Position numbers and translations under genes: made by a program | In this document: positions 1 through 9,500 of the stretch, one piece after another | Layout: each line of letters begins with the position of its first letter | Position numbering within the stretch: the first letter of the stretch is position 1 | The notes under the pieces: generated by a model | What the model saw: only the letters and a program-made list of their open reading frames with translations | Told to the model about the DNA's origin: nothing | The model's database searches: none | NCBI GenBank assembly: GCA_963820825.1 | Contig: CAWGBN010000008.1 | Coordinates: 224,001-288,000, forward strand | Length of the DNA: 64,000 nucleotides | Reading direction: 5' to 3' | DNA from: Vulcanimicrobiota bacterium | GTDB lineage: Bacteria; Vulcanimicrobiota; Vulcanimicrobiia; Vulcanimicrobiales; Vulcanimicrobiaceae

Positions 1-446
1 TGCGCGTCCTTCTGCCCGAGGAAGAGCGCGTCGGGCCGCACGACGTTGAGCAGCTTGGCTATCACGGTCGCGACGCCGCGAAAATGACCCGGACGGATCG
101 CACCTTCGAATGCGGTGCCGAGCGGTCCGACGTCGACGGAGGTGGCAAAACCGTGCGGGTAGAGCGCGGCGGCATCGGGCGCGAAGAGCGCATCGACGCC
201 GGCGCTCGAGAGCATCGCTGCGTCCGCCTCGGGTTGGCGCGGATACCGCGAGAGGTCCTCGTTCGGACCGAACTGGAGCGGATTGACGAAGATCGATGCC
301 GCAACGGAGGCGCAATGCCGGCGCGCGCACGCGACGAGTTCGAGGTGCCCGTCGTGGAGGGCGCCCATTGTCGGCACGAATCCCAGCGGCCGCGGCAGCG
401 CAGCGAAGAGCGCGCGCGCCCGCGCAATGTCAACGACCAGTTCCAT
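1..446 (-). CDS. panC: Pantoate--beta-alanine ligase (3' end runs off the window)
   Basis: Manual translation (not in ORF track): MELVVDIARARALFAALPRPLGFVPTMGALHDGH...GHFRGVATVIAKLLNVVRPDALFLGQKDA; contains the PTMGALHxGH and GQKD motifs. Confidence 0.95.
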   Translation of the reverse strand, partial: MELVVDIARARALFAALPRPLGFVPTMGALHDGHLELVACARRHCASVAASIFVNPLQFGPNEDLSRYPRQPEADAAMLSSAGVDALFAPDAAALYPHGFATSVDVGPLGTAFEGAIRPGHFRGVATVIAKLLNVVRPDALFLGQKDA

Positions 447-452
447 TGAAGG

Positions 453-746
453 CTACGCGCGCGTCACCCGCAAGATCGTGCGGCCGACGACGAACGGCGC
501 GCCGACCGCCAGCGGAACCGCTCCGACCACGGGCTTTCCGCCCAGGCGGGTACCGTTGCGGCTGCGCAGGTCGACGAGGCGTATCGAATCCGCCTCGATC
601 TGAAGGCGGGCGTGCTCGCGGGAGACGTACCGGTCGAGCGCCAGGCAGGCTTCGGCAAGCGCATCGTCCCGGCCGATCGTGATCTCTCGCTCGAACGGCC
701 AGGTCTTGCCGTCGAGCGGGCCGCTCAGCACTTCGAGCAGGTACAT
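453..746 (-). CDS. Stand-alone FHA domain protein
   Basis: 97 aa with FHA signatures IGR, VSREHARL and DLRSRNGT. Confidence 0.9.
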   Translation of the reverse strand: MYLLEVLSGPLDGKTWPFEREITIGRDDALAEACLALDRYVSREHARLQIEADSIRLVDLRSRNGTRLGGKPVVGAVPLAVGAPFVVGRTILRVTRA

Positions 747-848
747 GGCCGCCAGCCCTTCTCTAACGGCTCCGGCCGCTTCCTGGCGAAGAGCCCCCGC
801 TGGGGAGCGCTAAAAAACGGGTGCCCCCGGCCGATTACTGGGATAGCG

Positions 849-1064
849 ATGAAAGACCGAATCGACGACCTTCTCAACCTGATCGAAGTCGAGCCCGACC
901 GGCTGCACGCAGCCGAGCTTCTGAACGCGCAAGCCTCGCTCGAGCGGCTCGCCGGCAAGACCGTGGCATCGGCAACGGTCGACGAAACGCGCGTCACGAT
1001 CGTCACCGAGGACGGCGTCCGTTATCACTTTTACGGGTTCCTCGGCTTCGAACCGTCTCCGTAG
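849..1064 (+). CDS. Small hypothetical protein (71 aa)
   Basis: MKDRIDDLLNLIEVEPDRL...HFYGFLGFEPSP; fills the gap between convergent/divergent genes and has protein-like composition. Confidence 0.7.
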   Translation: MKDRIDDLLNLIEVEPDRLHAAELLNAQASLERLAGKTVASATVDETRVTIVTEDGVRYHFYGFLGFEPSP

Positions 1065-1067
1065 CGA

Positions 1068-2315
1068 TCACGCTTCGACGGCGCGAGCGGCAAAGAGCGC
1101 GCCCAGATAGGCGTGGGCGGCACTCACGCCGCCCTGCACGTAGACTTCGAACGGCGCGCGCAACGGCGCGTCGCAGGAGAGCTCGACCGTCGCACCGCTG
1201 ACGAACGATCCCGAGGACATCAATACCGGCTCTGCATAGCCAGGCACGGGTCCCGGTTCCGGACGAAACCGCGCGTTCACGGGCATCGCCGCTTGTAATC
1301 CCGCGGCGAAGCGCCGCAGCGCTTGGGGCGAGCCGAGCCGAATCGCCTGCACGATATCGGTACGTCGTGCGCCCGGCGCCGGGTCGACCGCGTAACCGAG
1401 TTCGTCGAAGAGCGCCGCGATAAAGTCGAGGCCGTGCAGCGTCTGCTCGACGATCAGCGGTGCGAGGAAGAGGCCTTGGGCGAGCGCGCGTCCGGTGCCG
1501 AGCGTGGGTCCGAGCGCATCGCCGAGCCCGGGCGCGTAGATCCGGGATGCGACGCGCTCGACGAGATCGGCGCGCCCGGCGACGTAGGCACCGGCCGGCG
1601 CAAGCGATCCGCCGAGATTCTTGATCAGCGAGCCCATGATCAGATCGGCTCCCGCGTGCGACGGCTCTCGTTCCTCGACGAGTTCGCCGTAGCAGTTGTC
1701 GACCAGCACGATCGCGTTGCGCGCGACGCGTTTCACGCGCGCAATCGCTTCCTCACACTCCGCAACGAAGAGCGAGCGGCGCGGCGCGTAACCGCGTGAG
1801 CGCTGAATGAAAACCGTCGCTACATCGGCATGCGCGAGCGCCTCCTCGACCGCACGAAGATCGACGCCGCCGTCGCCGCCGAGCGCGATCTCGCGATACT
1901 CGATGCCGTGACGCACGAGCGCCTCAGGCGCGTCGCAGATCGCGTTGCGCAGCGTATCGTACGGCCGACCCGTAATCGAGAGCAGCACTCGGCCCGGAGG
2001 CGTACAGGCCGCCAGCGACGCGACGATGGCATGCGTGCCGCTGACGATCGAGAGACGCGCGAGCGCGCGTTCGACGCCGAGGATGCGCGCGAGCAACGAC
2101 TCGTAACGGGCCCGGGCCGCGTCGTCGTATCCGTAACCCGTCGATCCGGCGAGGTCGCTCTCGACGATACCCTCGGCAAGAAAGGCGTGAAGCACGGCTC
2201 CGGCAACGCGCCGCTGCGCCTCGTAGACGACCCCTGCAATGCGTGCGTGCGCGGCGAGCGCGGCCTCGCGTATCCGTCCGCCGATCTCGAAGCGTTCGCA
2301 GAGCTCGGCGATCAT
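1068..2315 (-). CDS. Methionine gamma-lyase family / aluminium-resistance protein (YnbB-like PLP enzyme)
   Basis: Motifs GSTGYGYDD, SGTHAI, GRPYDTL, IQRSRGY, VDNCYGE, GSLIKNLGG; ATG at 2315 overlaps the upstream stop (ATGA). Confidence 0.9.
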   Translation of the reverse strand: MIAELCERFEIGGRIREAALAAHARIAGVVYEAQRRVAGAVLHAFLAEGIVESDLAGSTGYGYDDAARARYESLLARILGVERALARLSIVSGTHAIVASLAACTPPGRVLLSITGRPYDTLRNAICDAPEALVRHGIEYREIALGGDGGVDLRAVEEALAHADVATVFIQRSRGYAPRRSLFVAECEEAIARVKRVARNAIVLVDNCYGELVEEREPSHAGADLIMGSLIKNLGGSLAPAGAYVAGRADLVERVASRIYAPGLGDALGPTLGTGRALAQGLFLAPLIVEQTLHGLDFIAALFDELGYAVDPAPGARRTDIVQAIRLGSPQALRRFAAGLQAAMPVNARFRPEPGPVPGYAEPVLMSSGSFVSGATVELSCDAPLRAPFEVYVQGGVSAAHAYLGALFAARAVEA

Positions 2316-3448
2316 GGCGCCTCGGCCGCGACGTGGCGTTCGTAGGCGCGGACGAACGGATACCAAATCACCGTCGCCAGCGCGACGTTGAGTGCGGCGA
2401 GCGCGACGGCACGAAGATCCTGCGTTGCCAGATATGTCGAGACGAACGTTGGAAACGACGATGGCACGTAGAATGCCGCTCGCGATACGAATCCCAACGC
2501 GACCGCCGCATAGGTGACCGTCGCGAGCACGAGCGGCGCTCCGACGAACGGTAGGACGAGATGCGGATTGAAGACGACCGGAGCGGCGAAGAGCAGCGGC
2601 TCGTTGAGATTGAAGAGCGAGGGCAGCAACGTCGCCCGGCCGACGCGCCGCAACCGCGGCACGCGCGAGATCGCCAGCAGTGCGGCGAGCGGAAGCGTCG
2701 CGCCTGCGCCGCCGGGGAAAATGAACAGGAAGAGCGAGACCACCACGATGTACGGCATCGGCGTGTGTACGGTAAACGCGTGCGTGTTCTGCATCTGCAT
2801 CGTCAGGTAGACGGGCGTCACGATCGCGGCGAGCATCGCCGGTCCGTGGACTCCCGCCGTCCACAGGATCGTTTCAATCGCTACGATCACGACGAGCGCG
2901 AGATAGGTGTCGCCGAGCTGCGCGATCGGATGCATCGCCGCCGCGATCGCGCCGGGCAGCGAAAAATGCAGCGCAGCGAGCGCGGCAAACGTGGCGATCG
3001 CGAGCAGCGCGCCGGCATAATCGGCGATCGGCGCCGCTACGCGCAGTCGCGCGAGTGCGATCCACGCGCCGGTGATGCCGCAGGCTAAGATAGCGATGAA
3101 GAGTCCCGATGCGCCGAGGAAGCGGAGATAGGAGATCGGATCGGGACCGAACGGACGCGGGAGTGCCAATGCGAATCCGCCGATGCTTCCGGCGAGCAGC
3201 GCCACCGCGCTATAACGCGTGGCGCGCGCGAGGCGAAGCGGGAGCACGACTTCGAGCGCCGCGGCCATGACCCCGAAAGCCGGCAGCAGCGCTGCAGCGA
3301 CGCGCAACCCAAGCGAAGCGCTCTGCGGCCCGCCCGAGCGCACTTGGAGTACGAGGATTGCAACGAAGGCGGCCGCGAGGCCGATGAAACTCCACGGCAA
3401 CGCTTCGCGAACGGCAATGACGAACGGGAGCTCCCCGAGGCGGCGCAT
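2312..3448 (-). CDS. PTS transporter subunit EIIC (cellobiose/lactose family)
   Basis: Polytopic membrane protein with LWTAGVHG, GGAGATL and FNLNEPLLF motifs; start uncertain. Confidence 0.85.
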   Translation of the reverse strand: MRRLGELPFVIAVREALPWSFIGLAAAFVAILVLQVRSGGPQSASLGLRVAAALLPAFGVMAAALEVVLPLRLARATRYSAVALLAGSIGGFALALPRPFGPDPISYLRFLGASGLFIAILACGITGAWIALARLRVAAPIADYAGALLAIATFAALAALHFSLPGAIAAAMHPIAQLGDTYLALVVIVAIETILWTAGVHGPAMLAAIVTPVYLTMQMQNTHAFTVHTPMPYIVVVSLFLFIFPGGAGATLPLAALLAISRVPRLRRVGRATLLPSLFNLNEPLLFAAPVVFNPHLVLPFVGAPLVLATVTYAAVALGFVSRAAFYVPSSFPTFVSTYLATQDLRAVALAALNVALATVIWYPFVRAYERHVAAEAP

Positions 3449-3485
3449 GACCGGCACCGCCCGCGCCTCGAAGGCGCGAAAGGCT

Positions 3486-4106
3486 TTAGACCCGGCGGAC
3501 GACGGCCTCGACACGGCCGACGATCTCGACATCGCTCGCGTAGATTGGCGCCATCGCATGATTCTCCGGCTGCAGCCGGACCCGGCCGGCCTCGCGGTAG
3601 AACCGTTTGACCGTCGCTTCGCCGTCCAGCATCGCGACCACGATCTCGCCGTTCTCGGCGGATCGCTGGGGTCGCACGAGGATCAGATCGCCGTCGAGAA
3701 TCGCCGCCTCGACCATCGAGTCACCCTGGACCCGCAACATGAACGCGTCCGAGGCGCGCGGGACGAAGGCCTGCGGGAGAACGAACTCGCCCTCGATATC
3801 TTCCTGAGCGGTAATCGGCACGCCGGCCGCGACCCGGCCGAGGACCGGCACGACGAGGGCATCGGCGGCCGCCGCCATTCCGGCCGAACGCAAAGCCCGC
3901 GGCTTCGTCGGATCGCGGGAGATCAAGCCGCGCCGCTCGAGCGCCTTGAGGTGAGCGTGGATCGTCGAGGATGAGGAGAGGCCGACGCGTTCGCCGATCT
4001 CCCGGACCGAGGGCGGATACCCGTGTTCGACGGTAAAGGCCCGGATGACGTCGAGAATGCGCCGCTGCCGCTCCGTGGCCGGCTTCTCCATCGTCTCTTT
4101 GCGCAT
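3486..4106 (-). CDS. lexA: SOS repressor LexA
   Basis: GYPPSVREIG HTH, VAAG cleavage site, GDSM catalytic Ser, TVKR catalytic Lys; GGAGG RBS. Confidence 0.97.
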   Translation of the reverse strand: MRKETMEKPATERQRRILDVIRAFTVEHGYPPSVREIGERVGLSSSSTIHAHLKALERRGLISRDPTKPRALRSAGMAAAADALVVPVLGRVAAGVPITAQEDIEGEFVLPQAFVPRASDAFMLRVQGDSMVEAAILDGDLILVRPQRSAENGEIVVAMLDGEATVKRFYREAGRVRLQPENHAMAPIYASDVEIVGRVEAVVRRV

Positions 4107-4181
4107 ATTCCTCCAACCAAGAATGCCAAGCGTATGGCACTCGCGGCCGGTACAACCCTATCACAAAAACCATGCGCAAGG

Positions 4182-4195
4182 CAAACATACGTTCG
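4182..4195. promoter_or_regulatory. LexA (SOS/Cheo-type) box 1, CAAACATACGTTCG
   Basis: One mismatch to CGAAC-N4-GTTCG; lies in the lexA/LysM divergent intergenic region. Confidence 0.75.
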
Positions 4196-4202
4196 GAATC
4201 CC

Positions 4203-4233
4203 TTGACAAGCGTCGGCGCCCCCATGCTAAAAT
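4203..4233 (+). promoter_or_regulatory. Sigma70-type promoter for the LysM gene
   Basis: TTGACA at 4203-4208 and extended -10 TGcTAAAAT at 4225-4233 (spacer long, 19 nt); flanked by the two SOS boxes. Confidence 0.55.
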
Positions 4234-4241
4234 ATGGGGGA

Positions 4242-4255
4242 CGAACAGGCGTTTG
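4242..4255. promoter_or_regulatory. LexA (SOS/Cheo-type) box 2, CGAACAGGCGTTTG
   Basis: One mismatch to CGAAC-N4-GTTCG; just downstream of the putative -10. Confidence 0.75.
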
Positions 4256-4294
4256 GCACTACATATAGGCGCGGCAAGGGGGTATAAGAGTAAC

Positions 4295-4579
4295 ATGATC
4301 AGTCGACGGAAACGGTTCACGCTGATGCCGGCAATCGCGTTGGCCGCCCTCGCGCTCATGGTTGCTCTGCCGACGCTTTCGAGCGTCCGTCTCTACGCCG
4401 CTACGGCGCCTCGCTACGTCACGGTGACAGTCGAACCGGGCGATTCGCTCTGGTCGATTGCGGCGGCGCACGCGGGTCCGACCGCCGACGTCCAGGAGAT
4501 CGTCGACCGCATTAGCGATACGAACCATCTCGGCTCGGGAGCGATCCAACCGGGCGAACGGCTCCGCATCCCTCTCTAA
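4295..4579 (+). CDS. LysM protein with N-terminal TM helix (YneA/ChiZ-like SOS cell-division inhibitor)
   Basis: TM segment followed by LysM motif VEPGDSLWSIA...IQPGERLRIP; divergent from lexA as yneA is in Bacillota. Confidence 0.85.
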   Translation: MISRRKRFTLMPAIALAALALMVALPTLSSVRLYAATAPRYVTVTVEPGDSLWSIAAAHAGPTADVQEIVDRISDTNHLGSGAIQPGERLRIPL

Positions 4580-4656
4580 CCCCTTTCCTTAGCGCCTGCG
4601 CGAAGCGCAGTCCTGAGCGAGCGCAGCGAGTCGAAGGGTCAGGACGACAAGGGGGT
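4579..4656. repeat. REP-like palindromic intergenic element
   Basis: Hairpins CTGCGC-GAA-GCGCAG (4596-4610) and GTCCTGA...TCAGGAC (4610-4645), outer ACCCCTT/AAGGGGGT; the GTCCTGAGCGA...GTCGAAGGG core recurs at 21333-21373. Confidence 0.6.
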
Positions 4657-4869
4657 CTATCCCCGTGAGACCAGTACGATACTGTGGCCTTGGTGCTCGT
4701 CGAGGAAGGCGAGCCCTTCCATCATCCATGAGTCCAGCCCATCGCCGGAGTGGCGGGCCACCTCGCGCACGACGTGGAGGCGGTCCCTAAGCCAAGCGAG
4801 TTCGGTGCGCGTCGTCGTCGGGAAGATTGCCAGCTCGCAATCCTCACACTGATAGCCGTACTGGGCTAT
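4657..4869 (-). CDS. Small CxxC-containing hypothetical protein (~70 aa; start uncertain)
   Basis: AQYGYQCEDCELAIFPTTTRTELAWLRDRLHVVREVARHSGDGLDSWMMEGLAFLDEHQGHSIVLVSRG occupies an otherwise empty gap; no canonical start nearby. Confidence 0.55.
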   Translation of the reverse strand: MAQYGYQCEDCELAIFPTTTRTELAWLRDRLHVVREVARHSGDGLDSWMMEGLAFLDEHQGHSIVLVSRG

Positions 4870-5599
4870 GGTTTGGTCGCCAGCGAGTCGGAGACGAGTT
4901 TGAGCGTCGTCTGAAACGTCGACGTCGCGGTCGCTTCGGTTCCGCCGTACCGGCGCTCGATGTTGTATTCGTCGACGCTCGTCGGCGCCAACTTGTTGAA
5001 ATCGTAGACGATCTTCGTCTGGACGTTCGACCGGCGTTCGCCCGCACCGCGCTGCGTAACGTCGCGCGTCTCGCTGATCTGCATGACGCCGTTGTTGTTG
5101 CCCCCAATGGTGTAGTTCGCGGTGACGTCGACCACCGGATCGGTCGTTTGGATCTTCCAATGCTGCTTCTCGTCGATCTGGTTGGGGTCGACGAAATTGG
5201 GCCGAGGAAGCGCAGGAGCGTGTACTCCTCAGTGTTCACCGTTGCGTTGGGGTCGCAGATAATGTTTGTGTTGCCGTAGACGACGCAGAGCGCTGCGCCG
5301 GCGTTGCGCCCGTTCGACCCGTGCTCGCTGATCGTTAGCACGAGGCCGCGGTCGGACTGTTCCCTCTGGATGTTGACGGTGATCTGCCCCGCGTCGTTGA
5401 GATTGCCCGAGTAATCGTGCGCCCCCGAGGTGCCGGGGTCGTTGGTCACCTCACCGCTCTGTTGAACGTCGAAGGTAAAATCGTAGACGAGCGTACGGGC
5501 CATCGGCGATGGCGTAGCGGTCGCGTCGGCAAGCGCTGCAGGGGTCGAAGCGACCACTGCGAGCGAGCAAAAGCAAAGCAATCCTTCGAACGTTCTCAT
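4866..5599 (-). CDS. Secreted hypothetical protein (beta-rich), frameshifted at ~5200
   Basis: Signal peptide MRTFEGLLCFCSLAVVASTPAALA with GAGGTGG RBS; reading ...LRFLGP continues as NFVDPNQIDEKQHW...LATKP in another frame if one base is added to the G run at 5199-5201. Confidence 0.7.
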
Positions 5600-5609
5600 T
5601 CGCACCACC

Positions 5610-6471
5610 TCAGTGAGAAGGTTGCAGGTTCACGCCGCAGAGCGATGCCACGGCGCCGACGGAGTCTGCGAGCTGTTTCTCGCGAGCCGTCGTCTCCTGT
5701 TGCACCGATTGAAGCACGCTGACGACGCGCGAGACGGGATTGTACCCGACGCTCAGGCCGGGCATCGCTGCGATGTCGACGGAGTACGGATTCGGCGGCA
5801 GTCCGGGCTGATTCGGATCTTGCGCCGCGGCATAGGGTTGCGTCGCCATCGGCGGCGGCGTCGTGTTCCCGACCGGTCCGTTTCCGTTGATCGACTCGAG
5901 GTACTCTTCTCCGGCATGCTGGATGTCGCCGAGCTGCTGCGTCGTAACGAAACCGTTGATGAGGTCGAGCGAAGCGCTCTGCAAGGCGATCGTCTTGAGC
6001 AGCTCGTCCCGAATCGCCTTCAGGCGCGCGTCGTCCGCGGCGTCTCCGGTGGGGCTGGTCATGGTCGTGTTCTCGACGAGTTTCTGCACTGCGATGACGT
6101 TCTGCGCCAGGCTCGGAACGAGCGCTTCCATTCGCTGCAGCGCCATATCGCGTCCGGCCGAAGTGTAGTTGGTCGCATCGTAGGCCTGCTTGGGATCGGA
6201 GTTCAGGAACGCGTTGCGAAGATAATCGTCGAAGATCGGCGGGCTCTTGGCAATATCCCGGTCGTCTTCCAAGAGCATGCCGATCGCCGGCGCAATGTGA
6301 TGTTGGAGCTCCGAACAGATCGGCCGCGTGATGACGTAAGTAGATCTGCGGCGGCTTGGTAGGCGCGGGCGACGCAGCAGCCACGGCCGACGCAGACGCG
6401 CTAAGAAGTCTCGACGGAAAGACGAGCGAGCAGAGAAGGGCGGCCACAAGTGCCGGCACGAGCCTACGCAT
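5610..6471 (-). CDS. Secreted hypothetical protein (helical), frameshifted at ~6339
   Basis: Signal peptide MRRLVPALVAALLCSLVFP...KPPQIY in one frame joins YVITRPICSEL... in the next if one A at 6338-6339 is removed. Confidence 0.7.
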
Positions 6472-6496
6472 TACTATTCGCGATTCGATTCTCAAC

Positions 6497-6530
6497 CAAA
6501 GAAGAAGGGCCTGCCGGAGCAGGCCCTTCT
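6497..6530 (-). terminator. Rho-independent terminator of the TBDT gene
   Basis: Perfect 12-bp stem AGAAGGGCCTGC-CGGA-GCAGGCCCTTCT (6503-6530) followed by TCTTTG on the minus strand. Confidence 0.75.
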
Positions 6531-6551
6531 CACGATGGATCGGGTTCTGTT

Positions 6552-9500
6552 CTAGAGCCGGATTTGTCCGGTTATGTAGAGGTTGAACGGTAAGTACCCA
6601 CCGCTCGTGTTGTTGCTCTTAGGAATGTAGGACTGCGTCTCCCACGCCATCGGCGTCGGGTTCGCGTGCTTGTCGTACGGGCTCGTGCCGTTGAAGGCAT
6701 TTGCCGTGTACCAGCCGTTGGGCAAGTAACCGCAGATCGCACCTCCCGGCGGAGCTGCCGCAGTCCACGGCTCGGCCGTTCCACCCCAACAGGCGTGGAA
6801 GATGCCGGCGCCGGTCAACTGCAACCGGACCCGCGGAGAGACGTCGTAGGTCGCCTGCAAGTTGCCGATCAGGATGTTCGGCTGCGTGTACTGGCCGATC
6901 GACGCATACGAGCCCGTCTGCGGGTTCGGGATGTAGAGGTATCCGGCTGCGGGGTACTTGCTCGCCGTTGCCGCCGAGCCGCTGACGATCGTCCGGTAGT
7001 CGCACCAGAGCGAGCTACCCGGCTGACCGAAGTGCGGATTGTCGGCGACCCCGTCCATGCCCTGGTTGTTGGTGCAGGTACGCGGGTCGTTGGCAATCGT
7101 ATCGAGCGGGCTTCCGTACGGAGCACCCGACTCGAACTGAAGGCTCGGGGTAATCGCGAGCTTATCGTGACGCCAGTTGGCCAGAATCGTGGCGACCCAC
7201 GGCGTGTTGTAGAAGCTCGGGTTGTTATTACCGCCGCTCAGTGCGAGCGCGAGTGATCCTTGCGGATACCAGGCATTGGGATCCAAGAAGCCCTGCGGCG
7301 ACTTGTTGTAGTACATGTTGTAGATCGCACCGGCCTTCTTACACGATTCCGGCGTACCGAATCCGGTAGTGAGGCCTGCGCCGCTGTAGCATTGCGATCC
7401 GCCGCCGGCCTTCGTGAGCTGGTTGTAGTTCGCGATGGCCTGATTGACGAGATTGACTTGGCTCTGGCCGAGCAGATTCTGGAACTTGACCTGCGATTGC
7501 GTGTAGGTCAAGGCCAGCGTTCCGGACCAGCCGTTGCGGCTGAAATCGCCGTAGTTGAGCGCGAGCTCAGACCCGTACGATTGCGCCTGGCCGACCGGGA
7601 TCTGCGTGACGAAGTTGGCGCCGATGAAGGACTGTTGTTCCCAGTTCGACGTTGCGTTGTAGAACGGGGTGACCTTCAGGCTCCACTGCGTTCCCGACAT
7701 GTGGTGCTCGTAGGAGAGACTGTACTGTCCCGACGACATGCCGGGGATCGGGTGGAACGGCGACAAGAAGCCGGCGTTCATGAAGCTCGCCCAGAGATTC
7801 ACGCCGCTGCCGCCCCGGTAGAGGTAGTTGACGGAGGCCGAGATCGGCGGCTCCGCATAACGACCGGCCGAGAAACGCCAGACCGTATCGGGCGACTGCG
7901 TGTACGTTCCCGAGATACGCGGTTCCCAGTAGGTTTGCGTGTACTGGCTCGGATAGCTCAGCGTGAAGGGCTTGTTCGTTTGACCCGGATGGATGTAACC
8001 CGGGGCGATGTCGCTACACGAACCGGTCGTTAGAACCGGCGTCGGCGGCGGCACTGCTCCGGCACCCAGCGGATTCGTTAGAACCTGGCCCGTGTTGTAG
8101 TTGTAGCAGACGTAATCGTTGACGATCTGCGCGTAGAACGGATTCTGCGCCTGGCTGAAGCCCGAGGGCAGATTGTAAGTGAAGCTATCGTAGCGAAGCG
8201 CCATATCGAAGAGCCACTTGTCGTTCGGACGCAGTTGATCCGATATCGCCGCGTTATAGAACTGCGGCTTTACTTGGTTGTACGTACCGGATGCGTTATA
8301 GTTCCAGAGCGACGCCCAGTAGGCGCCGGCCTTCGCCGCCGGCGATCCCGGAGGTGCGAAACCGGTCGGACCGCCCGCAGCGTTGCTCCTATAACCGCTG
8401 ATGCATCCGTTCGACGAGGGTTGGCCCGTCGAGGGATCCCAGCACGAGTAGACGCCGTTGCTCTGCGAGATGTAGCCGATCGGCGATGCGCCGCCCGCGT
8501 AGCCCGTATTGTTGAAACGGACGACGCTGGCTTGCGTGTAGTTGCCGGTCACCTGGATGAGGTTCTGGTCGTTGATCTGATTGGTGTACTGCAACTGTCC
8601 ACCGGACGTGTGCGTGATCAGATCGTAGTCGGGCGCAACGCCGCTGAACGGATACTCGAAGGCGAGCGGGCTCGATCCGGAGACCGGGCCGTCCTCGGTC
8701 CAATCCGAGAAGAACGTGTAGGCATATACGCGGAGGAACGACCGCGGATCGAGCGCGTGCGTGTACTGCAGCTTCACGATGCCGGTGTCGTTGTTGGTGA
8801 GGTCGGTGAGATTACCCGGGATCGTCCCGTCGAACGAGTGCTGCGGGCTGTTCGGCTGCGAGTAGACCTGCGTCGGCGCAACGTTAAGGCCCGCCGTGCA
8901 GACGCCCGATGCCGAGACGGTCTCGCAACTCGCGATCCGCGAACCGAAGGGCTGGTTGTAGGTAATCGCGTCGGTGTACTGTGCCTGATAGGGACCGACG
9001 ATTCCGAGGCCCTGCGGCGAGTAACCGTACCAGCCGACCTTGGCGAAACCGAAGTTCGTCGCTCCCGGACCCGCGTCGTTCGGCGCGGACTGGAAGTACG
9101 ACTTCAGCGCCGAGGCGCTCCAGAGCAGCTGCACATCATCGCGCAGCCCGTTGTGATGCGGGATGCCCATGTGCAGGTTGACCACGTTCTCGCGGTCGGT
9201 CAGGAAGTTCTCGAATCCCATCAATCCCGAGTAGGGGATCAAACAGCCCGGCGCGAGGTCTCCACCCGGCGCCTTGAGGTAACTGTCGAACGTGACGTAG
9301 CTCGTTGGGATCCCATACTGTTTCGCGAGCCACTGGTCGAAGAACGGGTTGTACTCCGACGGCGTGCTCTGGAGGTTCGCAGCCGTACATGCACCGTACG
9401 TACCGTTGCCCCACGGATTGCCGCCGAAACCGAATACGCCCGGGATCTGGCCGAGCGCATCGTAGTTGGAGAAGGCCGAACCGTAGTTGGTGATGCCGCC

